Positions 28,009 through 40,414 of a DNA stretch of 64,000 nucleotides are shown piece after piece. The position numbers were made by a program, and so were the translations under genes. Origin of the DNA: Paraphysomonas bandaiensis. Its lineage: Eukaryota; Protista; Chrysophyceae. The stretch lies in the NCBI GenBank assembly GCA_965644295.1, contig CBFFRP010000011.1, positions 62,001 through 126,000 of the forward strand, in the 5' to 3' direction. Numbering within the stretch: the first letter of the stretch is position 1; each line of letters starts with the position of its first letter. The notes under the pieces were generated by a model, which worked only from the letters and a program-made list of their open reading frames with translations, searched no databases and had not been told where the DNA came from.

Positions 28009-28808
28009 CAGGGATAGGGAACAATATATTGTATTGCAATACATTGTACAATATATTGCAATATATTGTAAAGTATATTGATTGGTGGACTAGTCAAATA
28101 TTCCATCAATAGTGTTTCTGTTAAAAGAGCTCACAATACTATTGCAATATATTGCAATCAATATTATGTAGTCATATAAGAAAAGATTCTCAACTGTAGG
28201 GTGCAAAATGGATATAAATAACCGAGAAATTGATTACAACATTACAAAGGATAATGAAGCTGATGTTGACTATGCGACTAAAAACCTTCAGTCAGCTCAA
28301 AAAATTAAGAAACGTAGAGATCCACGAGTCATTAACGGTTGCCTGGCCCTGGTATGTACTTCCAATACATGGGAACGTCTGTTCAGCACAGCTAAACATA
28401 TTATATCAGTGTTGCGCAAAAGTATCCATCCTACTTAATATGCTGTTGTTTCTGAAAGCTATTCGACAGTTATGGCCGGATACTAGCATATATTTCAATT
28501 TATTCTGTGGATGAATATGGTGATGTTGACGTCACCGACGATGACTCAGAGGATGAGGACGAGGTGAATTTTTAGTAGCTATAAGCAGCAGTTGTATTGG
28601 TTGTCATGTGATCTTAATGACTAATACTAAAAATGAAATCTACGGATGTGTTTACCTACTGATTAGTCATACTAATATATTGCAATACATTGACAATATA
28701 TTGCAATATATTGTAATTGTATTGTAGGACCGGTTTAAAAAATCCATCAATACTATTGATGGAACGCTATCTAACAATAGTATTGCAATATATTGTTCCC
28801 TATCCCTG
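28009..28808 (+). mobile_element. Non-autonomous hAT DNA transposon (800 bp deletion derivative)
   Basis: 23-bp TIR CAGGGATAGGGAACAATATATTG; perfect 8-bp TSD CTTTGTAG (28001-28008, 28809-28816); ATATTGCAAT subterminal repeats; frameshifted hAT dimerization-domain remnant TSNTWERLFSTAK..R..HP..MLLFLK. Confidence 0.93.
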
Positions 28809-29586
28809 CTTTGTAGGTCCTTTGACAGTTCTAAGTTTTTATCTCTAATTAGACAATCTTTGATGTATTGGTTTTTGGTTTGTAGTTTATGTTGTTCGTA
28901 GTAGCAGAGGTATCTGTCGCTCAGGGATAGAGAACAATACATCTCAAAAGTACTGTTGATGTTAGTTGTTGCAATTTGTCTATACTATTACGATAGGCTT
29001 TGAAGCGCTTAATTGCAATTCATGTATTTTATTGACATAGTATTGTCGACACATAGACACATAGAAATTTACTACTGGTTACGTAAATACGTAAATCACT
29101 CGTTCCGTTTTAGAATTCGCCTCTGTGCGTACAGTAACCTCATCACTGTAATCTTATATTGTAAATTATTTTTACTAGAAGTTTTGAATAAAAGCTCACC
29201 TGAATTCTTTTTACCTAACACGTTCAATTTTGTTGTACACTTGTTACTGACACAACAGAAATAAAAACAAACACCATTAAAAACCATTTCAGTCTATGCA
29301 GATAGACTACTTTCACTAGTACTACAGACATTGGTTGCACACCACTTGTGCCTCCGTCACAGAGGAAAACCCACATACATTTCTCAAGCAACGTACTGTA
29401 AGACCAGGGCAGACCATATATGCAGCTAAAAGGCACTTACGGGTACTATTGTTGATTATATTATACTTGTCAAGAAATGTTTGTGCAACTGCTACGCAAC
29501 CAATCTCTACACAGACAGGTACCCCATATAAACGAAGAGTTCATCTACATCCAAGTTTATTCAGAATACTTATCAATTTGTGTATA

Positions 29587-30085
29587 TTATTCCTCCTCCT
29601 CCTCCTGTAACTGTGCAGCTTTCCACTTGGGCATGTATCGCAGTTCACCGTCCTCGTCTTTGGCAAACATTTTTTCAGTGTACCACTGGCCATACACAAT
29701 GTCGACTCCAGCATCCAGGGCCTCTTTTCTGGCAAGCGCCTCTTTTCTGGCCCATGCCTATTCTTCATATTACAAAATAACAACTATTACAACATTTAAT
29801 AACCTCAATGCTCCTGTCTTCCGTGTCAAAATAACAATAATACAAAGTCATTGCACCCGCAGCTGCCCAAATACCAAGATACGGTATTTCCCACCCTTCA
29901 AGACCTGCTTCCGGTGGCTTCGTGCCCAAATACGCTCCCGATTCATTCGTAGCGGGACGGTAGGCTACAGGGTCTTTTTTCCATATAAAATCAGGGTAGG
30001 GACTGCGCTCTTGAGTGCTAGAGCCACCAAACTTACGTCTAGGAAAGAAATTCCTCTTTGCAAGACTCCTTGTAACACGATTCAT
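29587..30085 (-). CDS. NDUFB11: Mitochondrial complex I ESSS subunit (NDUFB11-like), 2 exons
   Basis: Presequence-like N-terminus, EGWE motif, single TM helix, then SIE|AWARKEALAR typical of the ESSS family. Confidence 0.7.
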
Positions 30086-30421
30086 GTTATGTAATTAATT
30101 GGTTTATTTATAATGCAGATATATGCAATGTGACAGCTTAGTGTCTACTAATTAATGAACCAGTCACCGTGTTGCGCACAGCATCATGCATATATCATCA
30201 TACACTACATTACCACCATACCGTACCGTACCACACCATACCGTACCATACCGTACACAACAGTATATGTACTGCTGTACATAGACGGTAGAAAAGTGTA
30301 CTGGAGGCTGCAGTATACCGTACATACCATATGATATTATACAGGACCAGACCAGTCTATGCTGCAGTTGTACTTGTAGCTTGGACTCGCACAATATATG
30401 CAGAGTACTTGAGTACAGTCA

Positions 30422-30579
30422 CTGTACTTGTCTATCTAGCAGTAGTGTACCTGTCTATCTAGCAGTACTTTACCTGTCTATCCAGCTGTGCTGTACCTGT
30501 CTATCTGGCAGTGCTGTACCTGTCTATCTAGCAGTGCTGTACCTGTCTATCTAGCCATACTGTACCTGTCTATTTGACC
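30422..30579. repeat. 23-bp minisatellite, about 7 copies (consensus CTGTACCTGTCTATCTAGCAGTG)
   Basis: Directly visible, about 60 bp upstream of ATG 30638. Confidence 0.9.
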
Positions 30580-30637
30580 ATATTACAAGCAGTCCGTATC
30601 ACTATTAAACCCTTCACATAAACCAATCCCGCCCACT

Positions 30638-33600
30638 ATGTTCCTATACCTCTTCCTCACCACCCTCCTCCTTCCTCCACCATCCCTCAGCACTGAATCA
30701 TCTCCCGCAGTGTATCAATCAGACGAATGGAAGCCTCTAACTACCTCTGCATATACTAACAATAGACGACCACTGGAGCCTGTATCAGATAACTGGAAAC
30801 ACACTACAACTGAGATATATATCTCTATAGTAAGCTTTCAAGACGGGGAGAGATGCGGACACACTCTCAATAATCTCATTTCCAAAGCAAAATATCCGAA
30901 TAGACTGAAATTTGGTGAGTTATATACGCATGTATGTGTATGTATATAGGAGCTCATGTAGATGGGTGCTTAACTACACCGTAGAGATATTGTTCAGTGT
31001 ATAGTTGTTGATTGTGGTGTATTGTGTTAGGTATCACTCAGCAACTAGAAGTAGAAGATAGGGGAAAAGATGACAACTGCATTCACAAGTACGCTGCGAT
31101 ATCTGGTCGTAAGTTGTCTGAGCTATCTGAGAGCATGAAAACAGTCAAGTATTCAAAGCGAATGGCTAGAGGAGCAGCTTACGCCAGAGGTATTAAGTTG
31201 CCCTGTAATTTTTACTGTGTATCAGCCATATGTATTTAAGTGAAACATGAGTATTTTATTGATAGTACGTAAGAGATATCATCAATTGAATATGCACCTC
31301 TATATATAGGCCACGACGAAGATATGATGGCAAATGAGGACTTTTGTATGCTGGTGGACGCTCATGTGGATGTGATTGAGGTGAGATGGCGTCATCAGAA
31401 TGCATATTGCTGATCCATAGTCTCACTTTTACTTCTGCATTTCAATACTCAGAATTGGGATGTGGAACTCATGAATATGTGGGGATCTCTTCACAACGAG
31501 TATGGTATACTTTCTACTACGCCGCCCCCGAAAGATGTTCTGGGAAAGAATATTAATAACCGGTGGGAGGTTCCCCATTTATGTCAATTCTCTTGGGATG
31601 AAAAGTGAGTCATTAACTAACTTGTATATCAATATGAGTTGATGTGGCTTGATTATAAACTGGGAGTAAATTGCCTTATGGAACGCTGTGATATGCTGTA
31701 CTTATGTGTTATTGAGAGAAACTAGCTTATGTGTTATTGAGAGAAACTAGCATCTATACTACCTATTTGTGTGAGGAATGGTGTGGCGTGGTATGTACTG
31801 ATGAGATTTTGTATGTTTAGTGGGTTGGTCCGGAACGATAATCCTGCAGTAGCAATCAATCTTGGGGAGCCCATATTGTCGCCTTCATGGTCGCAGTCTT
31901 TTTCCTTTAGCAAGTGCCATGCCATGACTAAGGTTCGTCACGGTGGACCACATACTATATGACTAGATATTAATTATAATTTGGCTGTGATGCTCATACT
32001 GAAATACAGACTCCAAGTGACCCAAACTTGGTACGATTGGACGGAGCAGTTACCGACACACTACAGTTTGCTAGGTGAGTTTGAGGGTCACGTATTTACT
32101 TTTCCTTCGTAGTATTGGGACAGTGATGTACTGTTTGTGAGCAGACACTTTTATATCTTCCTGCTTATGGGGGAAGTAACTAACAACTGTTATAGATTAT
32201 GGACAAGGGGATACGATGTGTACTCTCCACACAGACCGGTTGTTGGTCACGACGAACAGGTACGTATCGAGATATCAGTAATCGCGACACTGACATAACT
32301 CCTACAGCGCCTGAAAATAGCAAATGACTGGAAGACGTATGGAATGGTAGGATATAGTGTATGTGCCTAATAATTTTAATTTGTGTATGTGTCATAGTCC
32401 CAGGTTATAAAAGTCCGAGAACTAAAGAGTTCTGTACAACGTGTAAGGAACATATTAGGTAAGTTTATATATTTATATTTAGCCGATATGAGGGAGTGCG
32501 CACTGTTTCTTTATTGTTATATATATGGTATTCATAGTCGGTTTGTAGGGATGCAAGGCGGGTCAAACGAGATCTCAGATCTCCTATCGATCGGTCGGTA
32601 TGGCCTCGGGACGAAGCGTACACTCGACCAGTTGATCAGCTTCACGGGAATAGACTATAGAAATGGGGAGCTTATCCCAAACAGGTGAGTGTTACAGTGC
32701 ACAGCGGTTTGTTCAGCAGCTCGTGTTATATCGTTGGAATATACTGTGTGGTACATGGCAGATGTAGTCTTCAAATCAACTACATTATGAACTAATTATA
32801 TTACATCAGATGTACGGGTCTGTCGTGGGTTTCTTTTCAGGCAGATATAGGTAAGCAAGAGTATGGAAATCTGTTGTATCTTATGCATGAGTGGTGTAAA
32901 TATGTTGAATTAACATCACTAGCAGACCCTGACTGCGAATCCGGTGATTTGTGGGGATATGCCCCAGAGCCTGTAGCTGCAGATATACCTCTGGTGTTAG
33001 GCTCTTCACCTGTCAAGGCCAATGGCGACGGTACGCCAATCGCTGCTGTAGCGTCGATATATTCTTCTGTTGTGTTATTCGTTTACCATGATCGTGTTAA
33101 ACTGTTAATGAAATATGTGGAATGTGAATTTGTTGGTATAGGTGCTTCAAGTTCTGTTCTATTGAATGGAGCAGTGGAAGTCACTAAACAAGTGGAATTG
33201 CCTTGGCCTTTGGGATTTATAGATAGTGGTGTAGAACTCGCTTTGGAAGAGCTCTCTGTAGATTACGATGAAGAAGAGGCCCTGGAGGTGAGATATCAAT
33301 TATGTTGACAATCGCATGCAGTGTTATGTCATCAGATTTATATGTCGTGAATGATGCGCGACAAACTATAATTGAATTTGATACTTCAATATGTGATTGC
33401 GTGAAATGACTGTGAACGCCAAATCTAATTATGATTATCTATTTCACTTACTATTTACAGATGCTAAAAGTTATTCTCCTTGTGGTACCTGTTGTCGTTG
33501 GACTGATTGGAATCTCTTTGTGGGCAATACTATCTACTGGAGGTAATTATTTAATCTTGTTTGCGTGTATGTTTATTGTGTGTAATATACAATGTCACCT

Positions 33601-33704
33601 GGCTGTTTGCTATACAATCACAAAACTTGTAGTATTGACTTGACTTTTTGATTGCAGACGATATGCGGCCAATAATAGTCGATAGCAATATCAAGAAGGT
33701 TTAG
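30638..33704 (+). CDS. GT60/Gnt1-like GlcNAc transferase family protein with signal peptide and C-terminal TM helix, multi-exon
   Basis: IYISIVSFQDGERCGHTL..KAKYPNRLKFG, ARGAAYAR, EDFCMLVDAH, NWD..MW..HNEYGILST, PHLCQ, FSFSKCHA, DPNL, LWTRGYDVYSP, YGLGTKRTLDQ. Confidence 0.8.
31701..31750. repeat. Perfect 25-bp tandem duplication inside an intron
   Basis: CTTATGTGTTATTGAGAGAAACTAG x2. Confidence 0.9.
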
Positions 33705-34600
33705 GCAAGGTGGCTTCTTCTTTTGACACTAGAGTTAATTGGTCGACTATATTACTGTGTGTTCTGTGCTGTGAAAATAATAACAGAAAGATTTTCGCAT
33801 GTAGAATTGTCACGACCTTATGCAGTCAGTCTATTGCAATTTCACTAACATTATTCTTATGTTCATATCTTATCATGAATTCATCTGATACTATTTGCTG
33901 TTCGCAACAACTGTATTCGTATTAATGAAGTAACGGTCATAATTCAACTACCTTAGAATGCAGGAATGCAGCTGCTATTTACTTATACACACTAGCAAAA
34001 CTCAACATGTAGTGACAATTATGCAATTATGTACTACTTACTGGTGTGTAGCATTAGTGAAAGTGTTGTAGCCTAGCAGCAGGTGGATGTCGTAACGGTA
34101 TAGGTGGAACGTCGTAACAGGTTAGACAGGAAATGCAAAATGTTAACTTAGAATTTATCTGTACATGGTGATGTATCACAGGTTACTATTACAAATGTGC
34201 CAACTATTGCTTGCAACTGTGTAATATTACTGTGTGCTTAATAAAAATGAGTGGTTCAAAGTTTGAATACGAAAGTCTCTTATTCTTCCAAATTTTACGA
34301 AGTGTCAAAAAGTTGATAAATATGAATTATATAGGCACCGGGCCATTTACTTTAATACCGAGAGTAACCGACCACATTCATAGCTACATGCAACAGTAAG
34401 TTACTACTGTTGCCCAACTTACGAAATGTGACAGCTCGATTAACAGCAATAAATAAAATAATGTCGTAGGCAATACGTATTATACCATGATATGAACTGA
34501 CGACGAGTAATCAATACGGTGAGAAAACTATACAGAGTGTGTAAGAGCAAGAGCGTCATTTGTATCTATATGATGTTTGACACAAAACAAGACATTTCGA

Positions 34601-35548
34601 TTACGAACTTGATGTGGCATCCACTTCCTCTAATGCATGCTGCATGCTTCGAATGTCAAGAGGAAACATATTTTTGCCAACAAGCTCCCATGGTCCAGGT
34701 TTGTAAGACACGCGGGCCATCTTTACTTGTCGAAATACTGGTCCATCGTCCCCAACAGATTCTTCTGACTCATTACGCCCAACTCGAGGGCGGTGAATTT
34801 CGTACACATCTGGCGTTGATATCACTGGCACCTGCATAGCAATTTGCTCATGGAATCTGGTGCGTTTTTCTGTCAGAAGCCTCACTATCTGCGCCTGGGC
34901 TTCGTCTTTAGAAGGCATAGGTTTCGACCACACACAGTCGCATCCAGCCGTTAATAAATTCTCCCTCGCGGTGGAAGCCATACCGGTGCAACCAATTATA
35001 ACAACATTATCAAATGCCTTATCTGAGCGAAGCAATTGCACCACTTGGTGACCTAACATCCGTCCGCCAGCACTTTCCATATTTTGATCAATTATAATGA
35101 CATCCGGACGACGAGGGGAGGCTTGAACTAACTGCATGGCTCGTTCACCATTCTCAGCACCTTCTACCATCCACATAACCTCATCAATCACACCACCAAG
35201 CACACGTTTAGTTAACTTTCTATGTATAATGGAATCATCTACAATTAAAACAGACAACCCAAAATTGTCTGGTCCTCTTTCTTCAGATGTGGTTTGCCAT
35301 TTCTCATTACCAAATATATTCCCAATAGAACAATCTAGTGGTCCCACATCCCCATAAAATGTTAATCCATCATTAGGAGATTTCTCTGATACAAATACTT
35401 CAAATTTCATCTTCCCTGTAGCGGGAGATATGACTTGTGTTGATGTCATTTCAACTTTATCTTCTGATTCACGTGGTGTGATATCAATATCTGGAACTGG
35501 ACTCCGCCTCTCTGTTAATTGATTGGTTTCACTCATGATAGAGCTCAT
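34601..35548 (-). CDS. Stand-alone response-regulator receiver (CheY-like) protein, single exon
   Basis: VLIVDDS, phosphoacceptor DVIIIDQNM, IIGCTG, VWSKP. Confidence 0.85.
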   Translation of the reverse strand: MSSIMSETNQLTERRSPVPDIDITPRESEDKVEMTSTQVISPATGKMKFEVFVSEKSPNDGLTFYGDVGPLDCSIGNIFGNEKWQTTSEERGPDNFGLSVLIVDDSIIHRKLTKRVLGGVIDEVMWMVEGAENGERAMQLVQASPRRPDVIIIDQNMESAGGRMLGHQVVQLLRSDKAFDNVVIIGCTGMASTARENLLTAGCDCVWSKPMPSKDEAQAQIVRLLTEKRTRFHEQIAMQVPVISTPDVYEIHRPRVGRNESEESVGDDGPVFRQVKMARVSYKPGPWELVGKNMFPLDIRSMQHALEEVDATSSS

Positions 35549-36503
35549 TCAATCCTTCAACACCACTTACAAACCCTTTCAATAGTACTACGCTCTAGTC
35601 CGCATTTCGTTATCTTCCCAGTACTTCGTATGATATGATAATCTCGTGCTTATGTATGGAACATCCGCAGTGACGATATGATAGTAGAAATACCTCATAC
35701 CACGTACTTTATCAGTCATTTATGGAAGCACGCCATCGTCACTCATTATGATTCATACAACGTCATCATTGACTTGTAGTTTCTCATAGGTTACTAACGG
35801 GGGCATATCAACGGCTTTTTTCCCTGACAAAAATGTGGTGAAGTCACCAGCACCAGTTTGGAGTGAATCTCTTCCAGTGGGTGGAATTCCACAGCATGCA
35901 TTTTTTTTGGTGGGCAGGATCAAATATACGGGTTACATGAAATTTTCGTAGTTAATATAGTGAAAATACACTTTAGTGAGGATGATATGTACGGGTTACA
36001 AAATATATTCACGGTTTCAATGCAAATTACACGGGTTACATTCAGGAACATCCATAAAGCTCTTGTTGTGTATGGTGAAATACAGAGCCGAATGTAGAGA
36101 TAAAAGACGGAGACAGTCCGAGGTTGGACCGAAGGCTGACCGATTTTCTCCACCGACGCCGGCGTAAGGCAGGTAGAAGCCACACAAATGGCAACTTTCG
36201 TAGTTGAAATCCATTCAGAGTTTCGAAATTTAAATAAATTTATATTTTTGGGGGACTTTACTCTAAAAACTGAACTTTTACTTAAAACTGGATATTGATA
36301 TATAAAACCATACTATTTATAAAAAAAACAGGGTTTTGATTGTTTTGTACATGACCACCAGCAGGATATTCATCCTTCTATGTCCAAAACGTGGAAGAAT
36401 ACTGCCTGGATCCTGTTTGTCCTGAAGATATCCGCATCAGATACAGTCATAATTCACAGTCCACAGCATCACATTCACACTCTACAGTCACATACAATTC
36501 AAC

Positions 36504-37022
36504 ATGACATCTGATATCCTGGATATGGACTGGGATGAATTCCAACTACGAACTATCTTTCCAAACACTAAACCAGGCACTCCTCACGATGGTGTGAACT
36601 TGAGTTGCTTCTATTGTGGTGAGAGTGTCGTACAAGGAGATGACATCCACTGCATTAAAGGCGGGGCTATTTGGACTAAGTTCATACCTGATAGGATTAA
36701 GAGAGGCTCGAAGAGAATGTACAACAAATACAAGGAGTGCTATATCTATGCTGCCAATTGCAAAGGCTGTTCGAGATCTGTTGGGGCTGTGTACATGGAT
36801 CCCTATAAGGATGCAGACAAGCCTTTTCCCTGTGTGAAAGTAACTTATATGTATGAGGGCAGGAATAGTTCCATCTCTAACAGCACTGCATTGGATATCA
36901 TGTCTGCGGATGATGTCAAAAGTGTCGTGGATAATCTAACTGAATCTGAGGACCAGGAGGGGCGGACAGCTACGGGAGTGAAGCTTAACGCCCGTAATTA
37001 TAGTACAGGCTATTCTACTTGA
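36504..37022 (+). CDS. Small zinc-binding protein, probable Yippee/Mis18/RIG-I-CTD-like beta-tent fold
   Basis: LSCFYCGESV ... ANCKGCSRSVG: two CxxC pairs about 50 aa apart. Confidence 0.55.
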   Translation: MTSDILDMDWDEFQLRTIFPNTKPGTPHDGVNLSCFYCGESVVQGDDIHCIKGGAIWTKFIPDRIKRGSKRMYNKYKECYIYAANCKGCSRSVGAVYMDPYKDADKPFPCVKVTYMYEGRNSSISNSTALDIMSADDVKSVVDNLTESEDQEGRTATGVKLNARNYSTGYST

Positions 37023-37717
37023 ACGTTCTACGTTGTGGTAGCTTGGCTAGAAGTATCATATTTCGTATGTATATGTCAAAGTGGTAAAGTCATCTCATCA
37101 CTCCAATTTTGCAATGGCTTTGTCAATGGTATAAATCGCATATTATTCGTAACATGGTATTGAAGTATTGAAAAAGTATGAAAAATTGTGTCGAAACCAA
37201 AACTTTATTTAAATAATAACAACGTACTGCGCACATCAATTAATGATTGCAGACAGCACATGTTCACAATAATTAGGCAGTCTCTTGCGACCAAGCCCGG
37301 TAAAGTTCCCCAACCTACCGCGCATATGGGTATTGAACCCCACAAGCATTGGAAACCTATCAATCAACTGGCACTGCCTTCGAAATTTTATGTTTTGTTT
37401 ATCCTAAGCTGTAATCCCAGCGCATATCATTCAGTATATTGTTTGATCCATTCATATTGATATCTAGCCACTTCATCTCTAATTGTCATTAAAGTGCTAA
37501 TACAATTATCCCCGTTTTGCCTCAAATAAAGTGTACTTTCGACCAGAACTCGAGTTAACAGAACGCTCATGTTAGCACCGGGAAAATATAGACATTCAAC
37601 TTCAATATTCTTCTGCCTCAACTATGATAATGTGACGTCAATAGTCATTAGCTATATTACACAATTTTAAGCAACCACAATTATGACTCAACATTCATAA
37701 GCTAATCATCAAACACT

Positions 37718-39862
37718 CTAAGTCGTCGCCTGATGTAGAATGTCAATCTTCATACTATTTCACTGTAGAGCTCAATGTCATAACGGATGTAGAAGGTGAT
37801 TTGAAGAAATACCTCATATCATACACTCAGCTTATGGCTTATACACATAGCGTTCGAGTAAGTTGCGCTCGAATTGTACATAAAAGTGATGATGATGCCA
37901 ACAAAAACAAGAAATCTTGTGCTACTACTATTTTTACATTCATCATCACATTTATGTACGACAGTCACTACCTCGCAATTTTCTATTTCCTCAGCTTCCT
38001 TCTGTGGTAGTACATATGGTGTAGCAATTATAGAAATTCGGGAGTATATCGTTAGCGTATAGTACGTATACGGAATTTGAAATACAGGAGTATATAAATA
38101 GTGATATCAGTATGTGCAAACACCGGGACAGAGATATAAAGAACCTCATGCTTCGTCCTGCGACCCCTTTTCTTAACAAAAGTTGTCAATTAGACGTGTT
38201 ACTGACTTTAAACATGTAAAATTCACCGGGTTCTATAAACTACTGCAGATAAAGGGAACATAGCTGCTACCCTAATAACAATTATTGCCAACTATTCACA
38301 TACCAAGATTGATGTGCAAGCAAAGCGACATACACAGCAATACCAGCAACAGCACACGCAAGATACAGAAGTACCTCGGGCATCTTGTATTTTGACGGCG
38401 TTGCTCTTTCGCGAGCTAGCTGTCGTATACTAGCCATACTCATCTGCACACAAGCGTATAAGATAAAAGGAAACTGTGAGTATTGTATACTACAAATGTA
38501 ATGCACTTATATCATAAATACATACATATACAATACCACACCTCTCTATATGAATGATGAGATCCGCCGAATACTCCCACGAATTCTACAATGATCACAT
38601 TTATAATATCTTCAGGTAGGCCAGTACTATACTGCAACGCATGCATGGGATCCCGGCTCAGCAAAGCCTGCGCTTTCCACGCAAAATGGTGGGTTACAAG
38701 ACGGCTTGTTTCCCTCAGACTCCTGCCTGGATGACAAGAATTTTTCCAACTAATAAAATATCAGACATTGGTTACTCCAGCTCAACACTTTGTACACAAC
38801 CATCTACAAATCCGAAAAAACAATATACAAAATTGTGCATCACATTCTTGACTGAATATAAATATACAGAACATTGAAACATAGCAGATGTATACTCACT
38901 ACTGCATAAGCTCAATGGATTTCGATAAACGAATAAACTCTCTCGCTGGGACTGACGATGAGTGCGATCCCTGCCTCAGCACACACGTCTCCACCTCTTT
39001 GGCAAGGGCAACCTACACCATATTCATATCAACAATTAAATTTATAAAACTATTACCAAAGTACAAATTTATACTCTTTGATAAGAGTTCACATATCTAC
39101 ATAACAAACAGGAGAAATCCTAATACATCAATTGGTTGTAACATACGCACGATGGGATACAAGACAAGTAGTCCATCATACCGCTGTGCGACCATCGCTT
39201 CCAACTGTATCCACATTACATCCGTATACTAATAAAAGATATACGACTTCCCATATACCCCTAGATGCCACGAGATGCAAGGGAGTATGTCCATAATAGT
39301 TAACCTGATTCGGGTCAGCTCCAGCATCTAAAAATATCCTTGTAACTCTTGGGTCCAACGAATAATGCAATGGAGTAGATTGTGAATTGTTCTGAGACTG
39401 TACCGAAAGACCCTGTGCTATTAGCTCTTTGGCTGCATCAACATGTCCTACACTATGGAGCGCCGTGTTGCCACTCATGGCTCTCTGGTAGAGATTCACT
39501 CCATAGGCAATAAGTAACTTCACCATATCTGCTGTTGAGCACAAGTGAATTAAACCCCTTCCTTTGCTATCAACTGTATCGGTGTTTCCACTTACACGAA
39601 GTAATATGGCAACCTTGAGAAGATTATTGTTTATCACTGCATGACGTATAGCAATATGAACACTACCATCTTCTATACACTTATCAACCGTACTCTCCAT
39701 ACTGTTATAAATAGATACCACTTTAGGTGATAAAGCCGATAAAGATTCATGTTTCTTTTGTAGTAATCGTTCATTATCTGCCCTGTAATCATACAAATCT
39801 CTTTCTATGGACAGTAACGCTGATATGGACTCGCCCTCCTCTGTGGAGCTAAGATAAGACAT
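37718..39862 (-). CDS. Ankyrin-repeat protein with coiled coil and C-terminal transmembrane segment(s); 3' exons uncertain
   Basis: GNTALH, STPLHY, GHTPLHLVA repeats; later exons with TM-like VLLYLACAVAGIAVYVALLA. Confidence 0.65.
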
Positions 39863-40414
39863 GACTAACACAGAGTTACCAAGTAGAAAGATATCTGAAC
39901 GAAATAATAATCACCATCTTCTATTTATTAATACATCAGAGCAGTATGGTACATCTCTCTATATATGTGAGTGGTATCCTGCTGTGCTTATATCTGCCTG
40001 ATATGGATGTATGTATGTATGTATGTGTAGATGCGATGAGTTCATGTCAAAATATCATTCAGGAATCCCAAAGAAAAAACCAAGAAACATACGGGTAAGA
40101 TACGGATATCTGGCTACCCAGTAGCCCGTATATAAAACGTAAGAAGAAAACAAACACCTTCTGTACCCTGTAGCCCGTCTAAATAGTGGGATATTACAAT
40201 ACATGCGTCACAAAACACACTGTAGCCCGTCTCTATTAAATTTTCAGTTCTATTTTTAGAATTCTTGCTAATTTTTTTTGTACGGACATGCCAGATACTT
40301 CTATATATGGCAATGTAACCGCCAAGCGTTGAAAATGCATGCATGGTTGTTGCATATATTCACAAGTTCCATTGCAACAAGCGAAAGATTCAGTAACATA
40401 TTCTTATAACAACA

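Noticed and set aside
30422-30579. CRISPR-like array
   Set aside because: Contiguous degenerate 23-bp units with no unique spacers, no cas genes, eukaryotic context
33690-33704. ER-retrieval dilysine signal at the GT60 C-terminus (IKKV*)
   Set aside because: Lysines are at -3/-2, not the canonical KKXX or KXKXX spacing
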